From assembly GCF_009914755.1 (NCBI RefSeq), contig NC_060928.1: a DNA stretch of 64,000 nt; one strand, written 5' to 3'. This DNA comes from the human T2T-CHM13v2.0 reference genome, Homo sapiens. The position numbers and the translations under genes are program-made. Of this stretch, positions 46,416 to 61,000 are shown in pieces; within the stretch, counting starts at the first letter, position 1, and every line of letters starts with the position of its first letter. The notes beneath the pieces were generated by a model. That model searched no databases. It worked only from the letters and a program-made list of their open reading frames with translations, and had not been told where the DNA came from.

Positions 46416-47075
46416 GGACTCTTATCTTACACTGTACACAAAAATCAACTCTGTATTAAAGACCTAAACATAAGCCATGATACCGTAAAACTTCTAGAAG
46501 AAAATATAGGGGGGAAGTTCCTTATTATTGATCTTGTCAGTATTTTTTTTGGATATCACACCAAAACTCAGGCAATAAAAGCACAAATAAGCAAGTGGGA
46601 ATATATCAAATTAAAAAGCTTCTGCACAGCAAAGGAAACAATTAACAAAATTAAAAGGCAACATACAGATTGAGAAAAATACTGGCAAATCATATATCTG
46701 ATGAATGTTTAATATCCTAAATTCATAAGAAACTCATACAATGCAACAGCAAGAAAAACTCAAATAATCAGATTTTTTTTTAATTGATCAAAGGACCTAA
46801 GTAAACAATTCTCTGAAGAAGACATAAAAATGGCCAACAGGTATGTGAAAAGATGTTCAACATCACTAATAATCAGGAAAATGCAAATCAAATCATAATA
46901 AAATATTACCTCACACCTGTTTATGATGGATATTATACAAAGGATAAGAGTTAACAAGTGTTGGTGAGGATGTGGAGAAAAAAGAACCCCTGTATACTGC
47001 TGTTGAGAATGTACATTGTAAATTGTTACAGCCATTATAAAAACAGTATGAAAGTTTCTCCAAAAATGTAATAGA
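46416..47075 (+). mobile_element. L1MA/MB ORF2 3' fragment
   Basis: ORF 46410-46673 reads ...IKDLNI..TVKLLEENIG...[17 protein letters not shown]. Confidence 0.85.
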
Positions 47076-48333
47076 TTTTTTAACTTAACATTTATTGTAA
47101 CAACAACAAAAGTATATAAACATGAATAATCATATACCTTCTTTAACTCAAACCAAAATTTCCAATTTATATTCCTTGAGAAAGCCAATGTTACTTAATT
47201 ATAAATTATAGTATTGTCTTAAACATTTTTAATATCTCTAAAGTGTACATATATGCACACATACACATATACAGGAAATCTATTGTTGAATGAAAATTAG
47301 TTTGTTTCAGAATTCGAAGAGTCAACAGTTTTTGTTTAAAGAAATAGGATCATAACATTTAAGTATAATATACTCTCAAATTATAGGTCTTCTGGTATAG
47401 TCTAGCAAAATATCACAGAGAAAATTGAAATGTGTTATGTGATTACCTATCCATCCAGGGGAGTGAGAAAAGTGTCTGTATTATGCATCCAAACATGCAG
47501 GTATTTGCCACTGGGTGTATAAACATTTGAACAATGGGAAAACAGTACATAAACCAAGAAAGAACCTATGTGAAGGCAATGTTGAATGATTAATTAAACT
47601 TTGACTTTTCCTTAAAATTGTCCAGACCATTTTATAAACCAATAATTGATTTATTCCTGATTTGCCCTATTTTCCTCTTTCATGTATTGTCATAATAGTA
47701 TATAAAATCTATTTAAAAATCTTCAGGGACATTTTGAGATATATATACATTTAAAAGAAATTCCATTTAATTTTAAATTTAGGGGGTACATGTGCCTGTT
47801 TCTAATAAAGGTATACTGAATGGTGCTGAGGTTTGGGCTTAAACTGATCCCATCACCAAGATAGTGAACATGGTACCCGATAGGAAGTTTTTCAGCCCTT
47901 CCTCTCTCTATTCCTCCACTCTTTGGGAGTACCCAGTGTCTTTTGTTCCCATCTTTATGTCCATGCATACTGAAGATTTAGCTCCTACTAACAAGTAAAA
48001 AAGTAATACATGGTTTTCTGTTTCCGCATTAGTTTGCTTAGAATAATGGCCTCCAGCTGCATCCGCATTGCTGGAAAAGGTGACTTCTGTTTTATGGCAG
48101 CATAGCACTCCAAAATGTACATGTACCATATTTTCTTTTGCAATCCACCATTATTGGACTCCCAGATTGATTCTATGTATTTGCTATTGTGAATAGCGCT
48201 ACAATGAACATATAGCTGCATGTGTCTTTTTGGTAGAATGGTTGCATTTTACTTTGGGTATATATCCAGTAATAGGGTTGCTGGGTCAGAGGGTAGTTCT
48301 ATTTTTAGTGCGTTGAAAAATCTCCAAACTGAT

Positions 48334-48853
48334 TGTGATCGTTAATATTGAGTGTCAACTTGATTGGATCGAAGGATGTAAAGTATTGTTCCTGGGTGTG
48401 ATTGTGAGGGTGTTGCCAAAAGAGACTAACATTTGTGTCAGTGGACTAGGAAAGGCAGACCCTCCCGCAGTCTGGGTGAGCACAATCTAATCAGCTGCCA
48501 GAGTGGCCAGAAAATAAAAGCAGGCAGAAGAACACGGAAAGACGAGACTGGCCTAGTCTTCCGACCTACCTCTTTGTCCCATACTGGATGCTTCCTACCC
48601 TCAAATATTGGACTCTAAGTTCTTCAGCTTTGGGACTGTTGGACCTTCAACCACACACTGAAGGCTTCACTGTCAGCTTTCCTATTTTTGAGGTTTTGGA
48701 ACTCATACTGGCTTCCTTGTTCCTCAGCTTGCAGGCAGCCTATGGTGGGATCTCACCTTGTGATCCTGTGAGTCAACACTCCTTAATAAACTTCCCTTTA
48801 CACATACATTTATCTTATTAGTTCTGTCCCTTTAGAAAACCCTGACTAACATA
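48334..48853 (+). mobile_element. MLT2A2 (HERVL) solo LTR
   Basis: tgtgatcgttaatattgagtgtcaacttgattgg start, 520 bp, TSD ctgat at 48329-33 and 48854-58. Confidence 0.88.
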
Positions 48854-49092
48854 CTGATTTTCACATGGGCTGAACTAATTTACATTCCCATGAACGTGTA
48901 TAAGCATTCCCTTTTCTCTGCAACATTACCAACATCTACTATTTCTTGACTTTTTAATAATAACTATTTTAGCCAATGTGAGATGGTATCTCTTTGTGAA
49001 TTTATTTGCATTTCTCTGATAATTAGTGATGTTGAGCAATTTTTTATGTTTTTTGGCCACTTGTATGTTTTCTTTTGAAAAGTGTCCACATC

Positions 49093-49411
49093 AGCCAGGG
49101 GCAGTGGCTCACGCCTGTAGTCCCAGCATTTTGGGAGGCCGAGGTGGGTGGATCATGAGGTCAAGATATCGAGACCGTCCTGGCTAACACGGTGAAACCC
49201 CGTCTCTACTAAAAAAATACAAAAAATTAGCTGGGCGTGGTGGCGGGTGCCTGTAGTCCCAGTTACTCAGGAGGCTGAGGCAGGAAAATGGCGTGAACCC
49301 AGTAGTTGGAGCTTGCAGTGAGCGGAGATCCTGCCACTGCACTCCAGCCTGGGCGACAGAGTGAGACTCCATCTCAGAAAAATAATAATAATAAAAATAA
49401 AAATAAAAAAA
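49093..49411 (+). mobile_element. AluY
   Basis: ctggctaacacggtgaaacc, atggcgtgaaccc, ggagcttgcag; 16-bp TSD gaaaagtgtcca(ca/tg)tc. Confidence 0.93.
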
Positions 49412-50496
49412 GAAAAGTGTCCATGTCTTTTGCCCACTTTTTAATGGTTTTTTTCTTGTCGATTCACTTAAGTTTCTTATTAATTCTAGATATTAGTCCT
49501 TTGTCAGATGCATAGATAGCAAATACTTTATTCCATTCTTTAGGTTGTCTGCTTATTGAGAGTTTCTTTTGCTGTGCAGAAGATCTTTAGTTTAATTAAG
49601 TCCAGTTTGCTTATTTTCATTCTGTTGCATTTTTTTGGGGGGTGAGGTTTCATCATAAGTTCTTTACTGGACCATTATCCAGAAGAGTACCTCCTAGATT
49701 TACATCTAGAATTTTTATAGTTCGAGGTCTTACGTTTAAGTCTTTAAACTATTGTGAGTTGATTTTTGTATGTAGTACGAGGTACAAGGTCCAGTTTCAT
49801 TCTTGTGCATATGGCTAGCCAGTTTTCCCAGTACTATTTATTGAATAGGGCGACCTTTCCCCATTGTTTATTTTTTTCAGTGTTGTCAAAGATCAGTTGG
49901 TTGTAGGTGTGTTGCTTTATTTTAGGGGTCTTTATTCTGTTTCATTGGTCTATGTGTCTAATATTGTGCCAGTTTTTGGTATTGTAGCCTTGTAGTAGAG
50001 CTTAAAGTCAGATAATGTGATGCCTCTAGATTTGTTCTGTTTGCTGAGGATTGCTTTATCTCTTCAAGCTCTTTGGTGGTTCCAATTAATTTTAGAACTT
50101 TTTTTTTCTATTTCTCTGAAAAATGATGTTGGTGATTTCATAAGAATGGCATTGGATCTGCAGATTGTTTTAGGCAAAATGGCCATCTTAACAATGTTGA
50201 TTCTTCCAATCCATGAGCATAGACTACTTGTTTGTGTTGTCTCTGATTTCTTTCAGCAGTATTTTGTAGTTCTCCTTGCAGAGATCTTCAACCTCCTTGG
50301 TTAGGTATATGCCTGGTGTGCAGGCATGCATGTGTGGGTGTGTGTGTGTGTGTATGTTTATTATAAATGGAATTGTGCTCTTGATTTGATTCTAAACTTG
50401 AATACTGTTGGTGTATAGAAATGCTACAAATTTCTGTGTCTTAATTTTGTATCCTGAGACTTTATTTAAGTAGTTGATAAGGTCTAGGAGTCTTTT

Positions 50497-52920
<2,424 letters not shown>

Positions 52921-55900
52921 TGAAATCTTTAGGGTTTTCTAGATGTGAAATCACATTGTCAGTGAAGAGAGATAACTTGACCTCATCTTTTCCTGTTTAG
53001 ATGCCTTTTGTTTCTTTCTCTTGTCTGATTGATCTGGCTAGAACTTTTATGTTAAACAGAAGTGATGAGAGAGAACATCCTTATCTTTTCCAGTTTCTAA
53101 GGGGAATGTTTCCAGTTTTTGCCTGTTCTTTATGATGTTGGCTATGGGCTTGTCACAGATGGCTCTTATTATTTTGATGTATATTCTTTCGATGTCTAGT
53201 TTGTGAAGGATTTTTATCATAAAGGTATGTTAGATTTTATTGAATGTTTTTTCTGTCTATTGAGATGATCATACATTTTGGTTTTTAATGTTGTTTATGT
53301 GGTGAATCATATTTATTGATTTGCACATGTTGAACCATCTTTGCATTCCAAAAATAAAGCTCATTTGATGATGGTGAATTATGTTTTTGATGTGCTGCTG
53401 GATTCAGCTTGCTGGTATTTTCTTGAAGATTTTTGTGTCTATTTTCATCAGGAATATTGGGCTCTAGTTTTCTTTTTTCTTGTGTCTTTGCTACATTTTG
53501 GTATTAGGGTGATGCTGGTTTCACAGAATGAATTAGGAAGAAGTCCTTCCTCCTTGATTTTTTGGGAATAATTTCTGTAGGATTGGTACCAGTTCTTCTT
53601 TGTACATCTGGTCAAATTCAGCCATTAATTAATCTGGTCCAGGACTTTCATGGTTGATAGGTTTTTTATTATTGATTCAATTTCATTAGTCATTATTAGT
53701 CAGTTCAGGATTTCTATTTCTTCCTGGTTCAATCTTGGGAGGTTGTGTGTTTCCAGGAATTTATTCGTTTCTTCTAAATTTTATAATTTTTGTGCATAGA
53801 GATGTTCATATTAGTCTCTGAGGCCATTCTGTATTTCTGTGGAAATTGATGTGACATCACCTTTGTTATTTCCATCTTTGCTTATTTGGATTTTCTCTTT
53901 TTATTTTTCTCTGTTAACCTAGATTGCTGACTGTTAATGTTGTTTATCCTTTCAGATAAGCAAGTTTTAATTCAGCATATCATTTATATATATATATATT
54001 TTTTTTTGGTTAGCAATTTCACTTAGTTCTGACCTGATTTCAGTTATTTCTTTTCTTTTGCAAGCTTTAGCTTTAGTTTGTTCTTGCTTTTCTAGTTCCA
54101 TTAGGTGTGAGGTTAGGTTGTTTATCTGAGATATTTCTATCTTCTTGATGTAGATGTTTCATGCTGTAAACTTGTCTCTTAACACTGCTTTTGTGATATC
54201 CTGGAGGTTTTGTATGGTATATCTCTATTCCATTTGTATCAATTAACTTTTTTATTTCTGTCTAGATTTTGCTTACACAAAAGTCATTCAGGAGTAAGTT
54301 GTTTAGCTTCCATGGATTTGTGTAGTTTCAAGAGTTTCTCTTGGTATTATTTTCTATTTTTATTCCATTGTGGTCCAAGGAGATACTTGATATTATTTTG
54401 AATGTTTTTAATTTATTGAGACTTGCTTTATGAACAATCAAGTAGTCAGTATTCAAGTACACTTATGTGCAGATGAAAAGACTGAATATTCTGAGGTTTT
54501 GGGGTACGGTATTCTGTAGATGTCTATTACATCCAATTGTTAATGTCAAATTTAAGTCTAGAATTTTTTTTTGTTAGTTTTCCTTCTCAATGTTTTGTCC
54601 CAGAATGTCAGTGGTGTATTAAAGTCTGCCACTGTTATTTTGCAGCTGTCAAATTTTTTTTTTTAGATCGAGAAGTAGTATTTTTTAAATCTGGGTGCAC
54701 CAATGTTGGTGTGTATATATTTAGAATAGTCAAATGTTCTTCTTGAATTGAATCCTTCATCATTATGCAATGCCTTTCTTTCTCCTTTGTTACCATTGTT
54801 GGATTAAAGTCTATTTTATCTGATACCTGCTCTTTTTTGCTTTCCGTTTGTTTGATAGTTCTTTCTCCATCCTTTTACTCTGAGCATATGTGTGTCATTA
54901 CAAGTTAGATCATCTCTTGCATGCAGCAGAAAAATAAGTCTTGATTTTTAATCCAATTTGTCACTCTATGTCTTTTAAGTGGATTATTTAGACTGTTTAT
55001 ATTCAAGGTTAATATTGATATAGAAATTTTATTCTTGTCATAGTGTTGTTAGCTAATTGCTTTGTAGTCTCATTTGTGTAATTCATTTATAGGATCTGTG
55101 GGCTATGTACTCGTGTGCTTTTGTGGTAGCAAGTATTTTTCTTTCATTTCCATGTTTAGAACTTCCTTAAGTCTCTCCTGTAGGTTTGGCCTGGTGGTGG
55201 CAAATTCTCCTAGCAATTGTTTGTCTTGGATAGACTTGATATCTTCTTCATTTATGAAGCCTACTTTGGCAGGATATAAAATTCTTGGCTGGCATTTCTC
55301 TTTTTTAAGAATGCTAAAAATGCGCCCCCCTGCCCCCCCAACTTACCATCTTTTCTGGCTTTTAATGTTTCTGCTGAGAAGTCAACAGTTAGACTGACGG
55401 GTTCCCATCTATAGGTTATGTGATCTTTTCTCTAGCTGCCTTTAAGATTTTTTTCTTTTGCTTTGACCTTGGATATTCTGATGACTGTATGTCTTGGGGA
55501 TGGTCATCTTTTATAGTATCTCAGAGGAGTTCTCTGGATTTCTTGTATCTGCGTGTGGAACTCTCTAACAAGATTAGGGAAATTTTCTTGAATTATATCC
55601 TGCAATATGTTTTCAAAGTTGCTTGCTTTCTCTTCTTGTCTCACAGGAATGGCTACGATTTGAATATTTGGTCACTTTACATAATCTCATGTTTCTTGAA
55701 GGCTTAATTCATTTCTTAAAATTCTTTTTTCTTTTTTTTTAATTAAATAGGTCAATTTGAAGGGCTTGTCTTCAGACCTTGAAATTCTTTCTTTTGCTTG
55801 ATCTAGTCAATTGTTAAGGCTTCCTACTGTATTTTGAAATTCCTGTAGTGATTTTTTATTCAAATTCCAGGAGATCTATGTGGTTCTTTCTTACTTTAGC

Positions 55901-57424
55901 TATGTCATCTTTCAATTCTCAAATCAATTTCATTTATTCTTTATAGTGGATTTCAACTTTCTCTTGGATCTCATAGAGTTTCTTTGCCATCCATATTCTG
56001 AATTCTGTATGTGTCATTTCAGACATTTTATTCTGGTTGGGATCTATTGCTTGGGAGCTAGTGGGATCCTTTGGATGTAATAAAACATGCTAATTTTTTG
56101 TATTGCCAGAGTTCTTGTGCTGATTCCTTCTCATTTGAGAGAGCTGATGTTTCCTTTTGTTGTGAATTTGCTATTATTTGACTGGTGCTTCTTGATTTTT
56201 TATTCCTTTTTTCTTTTGGAGGTATAACTGCAAGGTATATTGTGTATGATCAATTGGCTTCATTTCTGTTATTTTCTCAGGGTGTCAAGGCTCTGAATAG
56301 GTTTCTTGGTTACAGATAGGTTTATGCAGTGGCTTTCTTAGATGTTGCTTGTTGTAGTAATGTAATTTTGTTTGGTAATTCAGGCTCCAGTCCAGTAGGT
56401 GACACTTAAGAATAAGAGCTGACAGGTAGGGGGGAGGGGCACAGATAATGGAGAAAGATGAAAATTGTCTTCTCCTGGTGAGCATTCACCTTCAGTGGAG
56501 GTGCAGTTGCTGCATAAACCCAATAAGCAGTCTCTTTCAGCCCATGCTCCCTGGGGCCTGATGGGAAGCATTGCTGCTGATTCCACATAGCTTGTGCCAT
56601 GCTTATGTTTCCATTAACCCAAGGGGGTCTTTGGTAGACTGGGCAACATCCTCCTTTAGAGGCTGACCGTGCTGAGGGTCATATCACTGGTTCTGCGTGT
56701 TTTTAGTGGCAAAGAGTCTTTATAAGTTTCCTGATTTTAGCCTTTTTATGGGGCTTACCCAAATACTGGTTGTAGTAGTCATGTACTGAACATGTTAGCA
56801 AGCTCACTGCCTCCTGTGAGGTGGCAGTGGCAGCAGTCTCAGGAAACTTATCTCTTTCCCCAGTGCTGTGTGCTTATGTCAGTAGATTTTCTATAGTGTT
56901 GCACCATTCAAGTGTCAGGCCTCTAGGTAGCTCCTATGGGTTAGAGTCAACTGCGGCCAACATGACTGGGTATATACTTGATCCTTGTTTACTGGGGGAA
57001 GGTCTCTGTTGTCTCTGGTAATGGGCTGATCTGTGGAGTATGCAGTGGTTTGAGTTCCCTGTTCAGCTTCAGAGTGGGGGCAACAAGATAGGCAGGGCTA
57101 GACAAAGCATGCCTGCCCACAGGTCCCCCAGTGGTAGGCACAAGCAGCAGCTCCAAGGGGGAAGTTCAGTGGATGGCCATCAAGAGCCCAGAGATGTGCC
57201 TAGGTGTTGAGCTGGGAAACCTCTGCCCCAAGTTCTCTGCACAGGGAAAGGTGGCCATCTAAACTCCTAGTCCAGGAGAGTGAATGCTCCAAATACATGG
57301 AGAGCTTCCTGGGCATGGAGTGGAGAGGGCCCAGCTACAGCATAATCTCTCCACAGGAAAGATGGGTGGCTTATGCTGCTAATCCAGGTGAGTGGGACAT
57401 CTTAAATATATATACGTATGCACA

Positions 57425-57753
57425 CAGAGACATTTGTCACTTAATGACAGGAATACTTTATTAGAAGTGAACCATTAGGCAATCTGTCATTGTGAGAACG
57501 TCATAATATACAAACATAGCCTACTACACACCTAGGCTATGTAATGAATCCTATTGTTCTTAGGCTACAAACCAGCAAAGCATGTAACTATACTGAATGC
57601 TGTAGACAATTTTAACACAATTGTACTTTTGTACCTAAACACATCTAATCATAGAAAAAGTATAGTAAAAAACATGCTATTAGAATCTTAAAAGACCACT
57701 ATTGTAAAGGTAGTGTGTTATTGACTGAAACTTTTTTATGCAGCACATAATTA
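57425..57753 (+). mobile_element. Tigger3a (MER7A) DNA transposon
   Basis: atagcctactacacacctaggctat...taggctacaaacc...catctaatcatagaaaaagtatagtaaaa. Confidence 0.85.
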
Positions 57754-57759
57754 CATGTA

Positions 57760-58040
57760 ATTATGGCAAAATATAAAAAAGAAACATTAAATTTACCATC
57801 TTAACCATGTTTTTAGCATTCAGTTCAGTAGTACTAACTACATTCCCATTATTGTGCACCCAATTTCCAGAACTCTTTTCATCTTTAAAAACTGAAATTC
57901 TATACTCATTACACAACAATTCACAATTCCTTTCCCAAGCTTCCGACACCACAATTCAACTTTCTGTCCCTATGAATTTGACTACACTAGATACTTCATA
58001 AGAGTTAAATCATATAGTATTTGTATTTTTGTGACTGACT
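57760..58040 (-). mobile_element. L1MB-like 3' end
   Basis: aaatttaccatcttaaccat...ccagaactcttttcatc...ctatgaatttgactac. Confidence 0.8.
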
Positions 58041-61000
58041 TCTTTTTTTTTTCTTTAAGTTCTGGAATACATGTGCAAAACATGCAGGTTTGTTACATAG
58101 GTATACATATGCCATAGTGGTTTGCTGTACCTATCAACCTATCACCTAGGTTTTAAGCCCCACATGCATTTGCTGTTTGTCCTGATGATCTCCCTCCTCT
58201 CAACCCTCTTCCTACCAACAGGCTCCCATGTGTGTTGTTCCCCTCCCTGAGTCCATGTGTTCTCATTGTTCAGCTCCCACTTATGGGTAAGAACATGCAG
58301 TGTTTGGTTTTTTGTTCCTGTGTTAGTTTGCTGAGGATGATGGCTTCCAGTTTCATCCATGTTCTTGCAAAGGACATAATCTCATCCCCTTTTATGGCTG
58401 CATAGTATTCCATGGTGTATATATACCACATTTTCTTTATCCAGTCTATCATTGATGGGCACTTGGGTTGGTTCCATGTCTTTGCCATTGTAAATAGTGC
58501 TGCAGTAAACATACATGTGCTTTATAGTAGAATAATTTCATTTCCTTTGGGTATATACCCAGTAATGGGATTGCTAAGTCAAATGGTATTTCTGGTTCTA
58601 GATCCTTGAGCAGTAATCACAGTGTCTTCCACAATGGTTGAACTAATTTACATTCCCACCAACAGTGTAAAACTATTCTTATTTCTGCACAGCTTTGCCA
58701 GCATCTGTTGTTTCTTGACATCTTAATAATTGTCATTCTGACCCATGAGATGGTATCTCACTGTGGTTTTGATTTGCATTTCTTTAATGATCACTAATTT
58801 TGAGCTTTTTTTCATATGTTTATTGGCTACATGTCTTCTTTTGAGGAGTATCTATCCCTATCCTTTGCCTACTTTTAGATGGGATTGTTTGCTTTTTTCT
58901 TGTAAATTTGTTTAAGTTCCTTGTAGATTCTGGATAGTAGATCTTTGTCAGATGGGTAGATTGCAAAAATTTTCTCCCATTCTGTAGGTTGCCTATTCAC
59001 TCTGATGATAGTTTCTTTTGCTTTGCAGAAGCTCTTTAGTTTAATTAGATCCCATTTGTAAATTTTAGCTTTTGTTGCAGTTGCTTTTAGCATTTTTGTC
59101 ATGAAATCTCTGCCCATGACTATGTCCTCAATAGTATTGCCTAGGTTTTCTTCAAGGGTTTTTATGGTTTGGGGTTTTACATTTAAGTCTTTAATCCATC
59201 TCATGTTAATTTTTATATAAGGTGTAAGAAGGGGTCCAGTTTCAGTTTCTGCATATGGCTAGCCAGTTTTCCCAGCACCATTTATTAAATAGGGAATCCT
59301 TTTCCCATTGCTTGTTTCTGTCAGGTTAGTCAAAGATAAGATGGTTGTAGATGTGTGGTATTATTTCTGAGATCTCTGTTCAGTTACATTGGTCTATATG
59401 TCTGTTTTTGTACCAGTACCATGCTGTTTTGGTTGCTGTGGCCTTGTAGAATAGTTTGAAGTTAGGTAACATGATGACTTCAGCTTTGTTCTTTTTGCTT
59501 AGGATTTTCTTGGCTACACGGACTCTTTTTTGTTTCTACATGAAATTTAAAGTAGTTTTTTCTAATTCTGTGAGGAATGCCAATGGTAGTTTGATAGGAA
59601 TGGCATTGAACATAAATTACTTTTTCAAGATATTGATTTTCAAGATATTGATTCTTCCTATCTTGATATTGATCAAGATTCTTCCTATCCATAAAGATGT
59701 ATTTTGTGTATGTGTGTGTGTGTCCTCTCTTATTTCCTTGAGCAGTAGTTTGTAGTTTCCTTGAAGAGCTCCTTCAGGTCCCTTGTCAGCTGTATTCCTC
59801 AGTATTTTATTCTCTTTGTAGAAATTGTGAATGCAAGTTCACTCATGATTTGGCTCTCTGCTTGTCTATTGTTGGTGTATATGATTGCTTGTGATTTTTG
59901 CACATTGATTTTGTATCCTGAGACGTTGGTGAATTTGCTTATCAGCTTAAGGAGTTTTTGGGCTGAGACAATTGGGTTTTCTAAATATAGAATCATGTCA
60001 TCTGCAAACAGAGATAATTTGACTTCCTCTGTTCCTATTTGAATACCCTTTATTTCTTTATCTTACTATATTGTCTTGGCCAGAACTTCCAGTAGTATGT
60101 TGAATAAGTGTGGTGAGAGAGGTCATCTTTGTCTTGTGTTGGTTTTCAAAGGGAATGCTTCCAGCTTTTGCCCATTCAGTATGATATTGGCTGTGGATTT
60201 GTCATAAATAGCTCTTATTATTTTGAGATGTGCTCCATCAATACCTAGTTTATTGAGAGTTTTTAACATGAAGGAATGTTGAATTTTATCAAAGGACTTT
60301 CTGCATCTATTGAGATAATCAGTATTTTGCCCATTCAGTATGATATTGGCTGTGGATTTGTCATAAATAGCTCTTATTATTTTGAGATGTGTTCCATCAA
60401 TACCTAGTTTATTGAGAGTTTTTAACATGAAGGAATGTTGAATTTTATCAAAGGCCTTTCTGCATCTATTGAGATAATCATGTGGCTTTTTTCACTGGTT
60501 CTATGTGATGGATTATATTTATTGATTTTCATATGTTGAACCAGCCTTTCATCCCAGGGATGAAGTCGATTTGATCCTGGTAAATAAGCTTTTTGATGTG
60601 CTGCTGGATTCAGTTTGCCAGTATTTTATTGAAGGTTTTTGCATCAGTGTTCATCAGGGATATTGGCCTGAAGTATTTTTGTGTGTGTGTGTCTGCCAAG
60701 TTTTGATATCAGGATGATGTTGGCCTTATAAAATGAGTTAGGGAGAAGTCCCTCCTTTTCAATAGTTTGGAATAGTTTCAAAAGGAATGGTAACAGTTCT
60801 GTGTATCTCTGGGAGAATTATTTGGCTGGGATTCCATCTGGTCCTGGACTTTTTTGGTTGGTAGACTATTTATTACTGCCAATTTCAGAACTTGTTATTG
60901 GCTTATTCAGGGTTTCTTCTTTCTGGTTTAGTCTTGGGAGGGTGTATGTCTCCAGGACTTTACCCATTTATTCTAGATTTTCTACTTTATTTATATAGAG

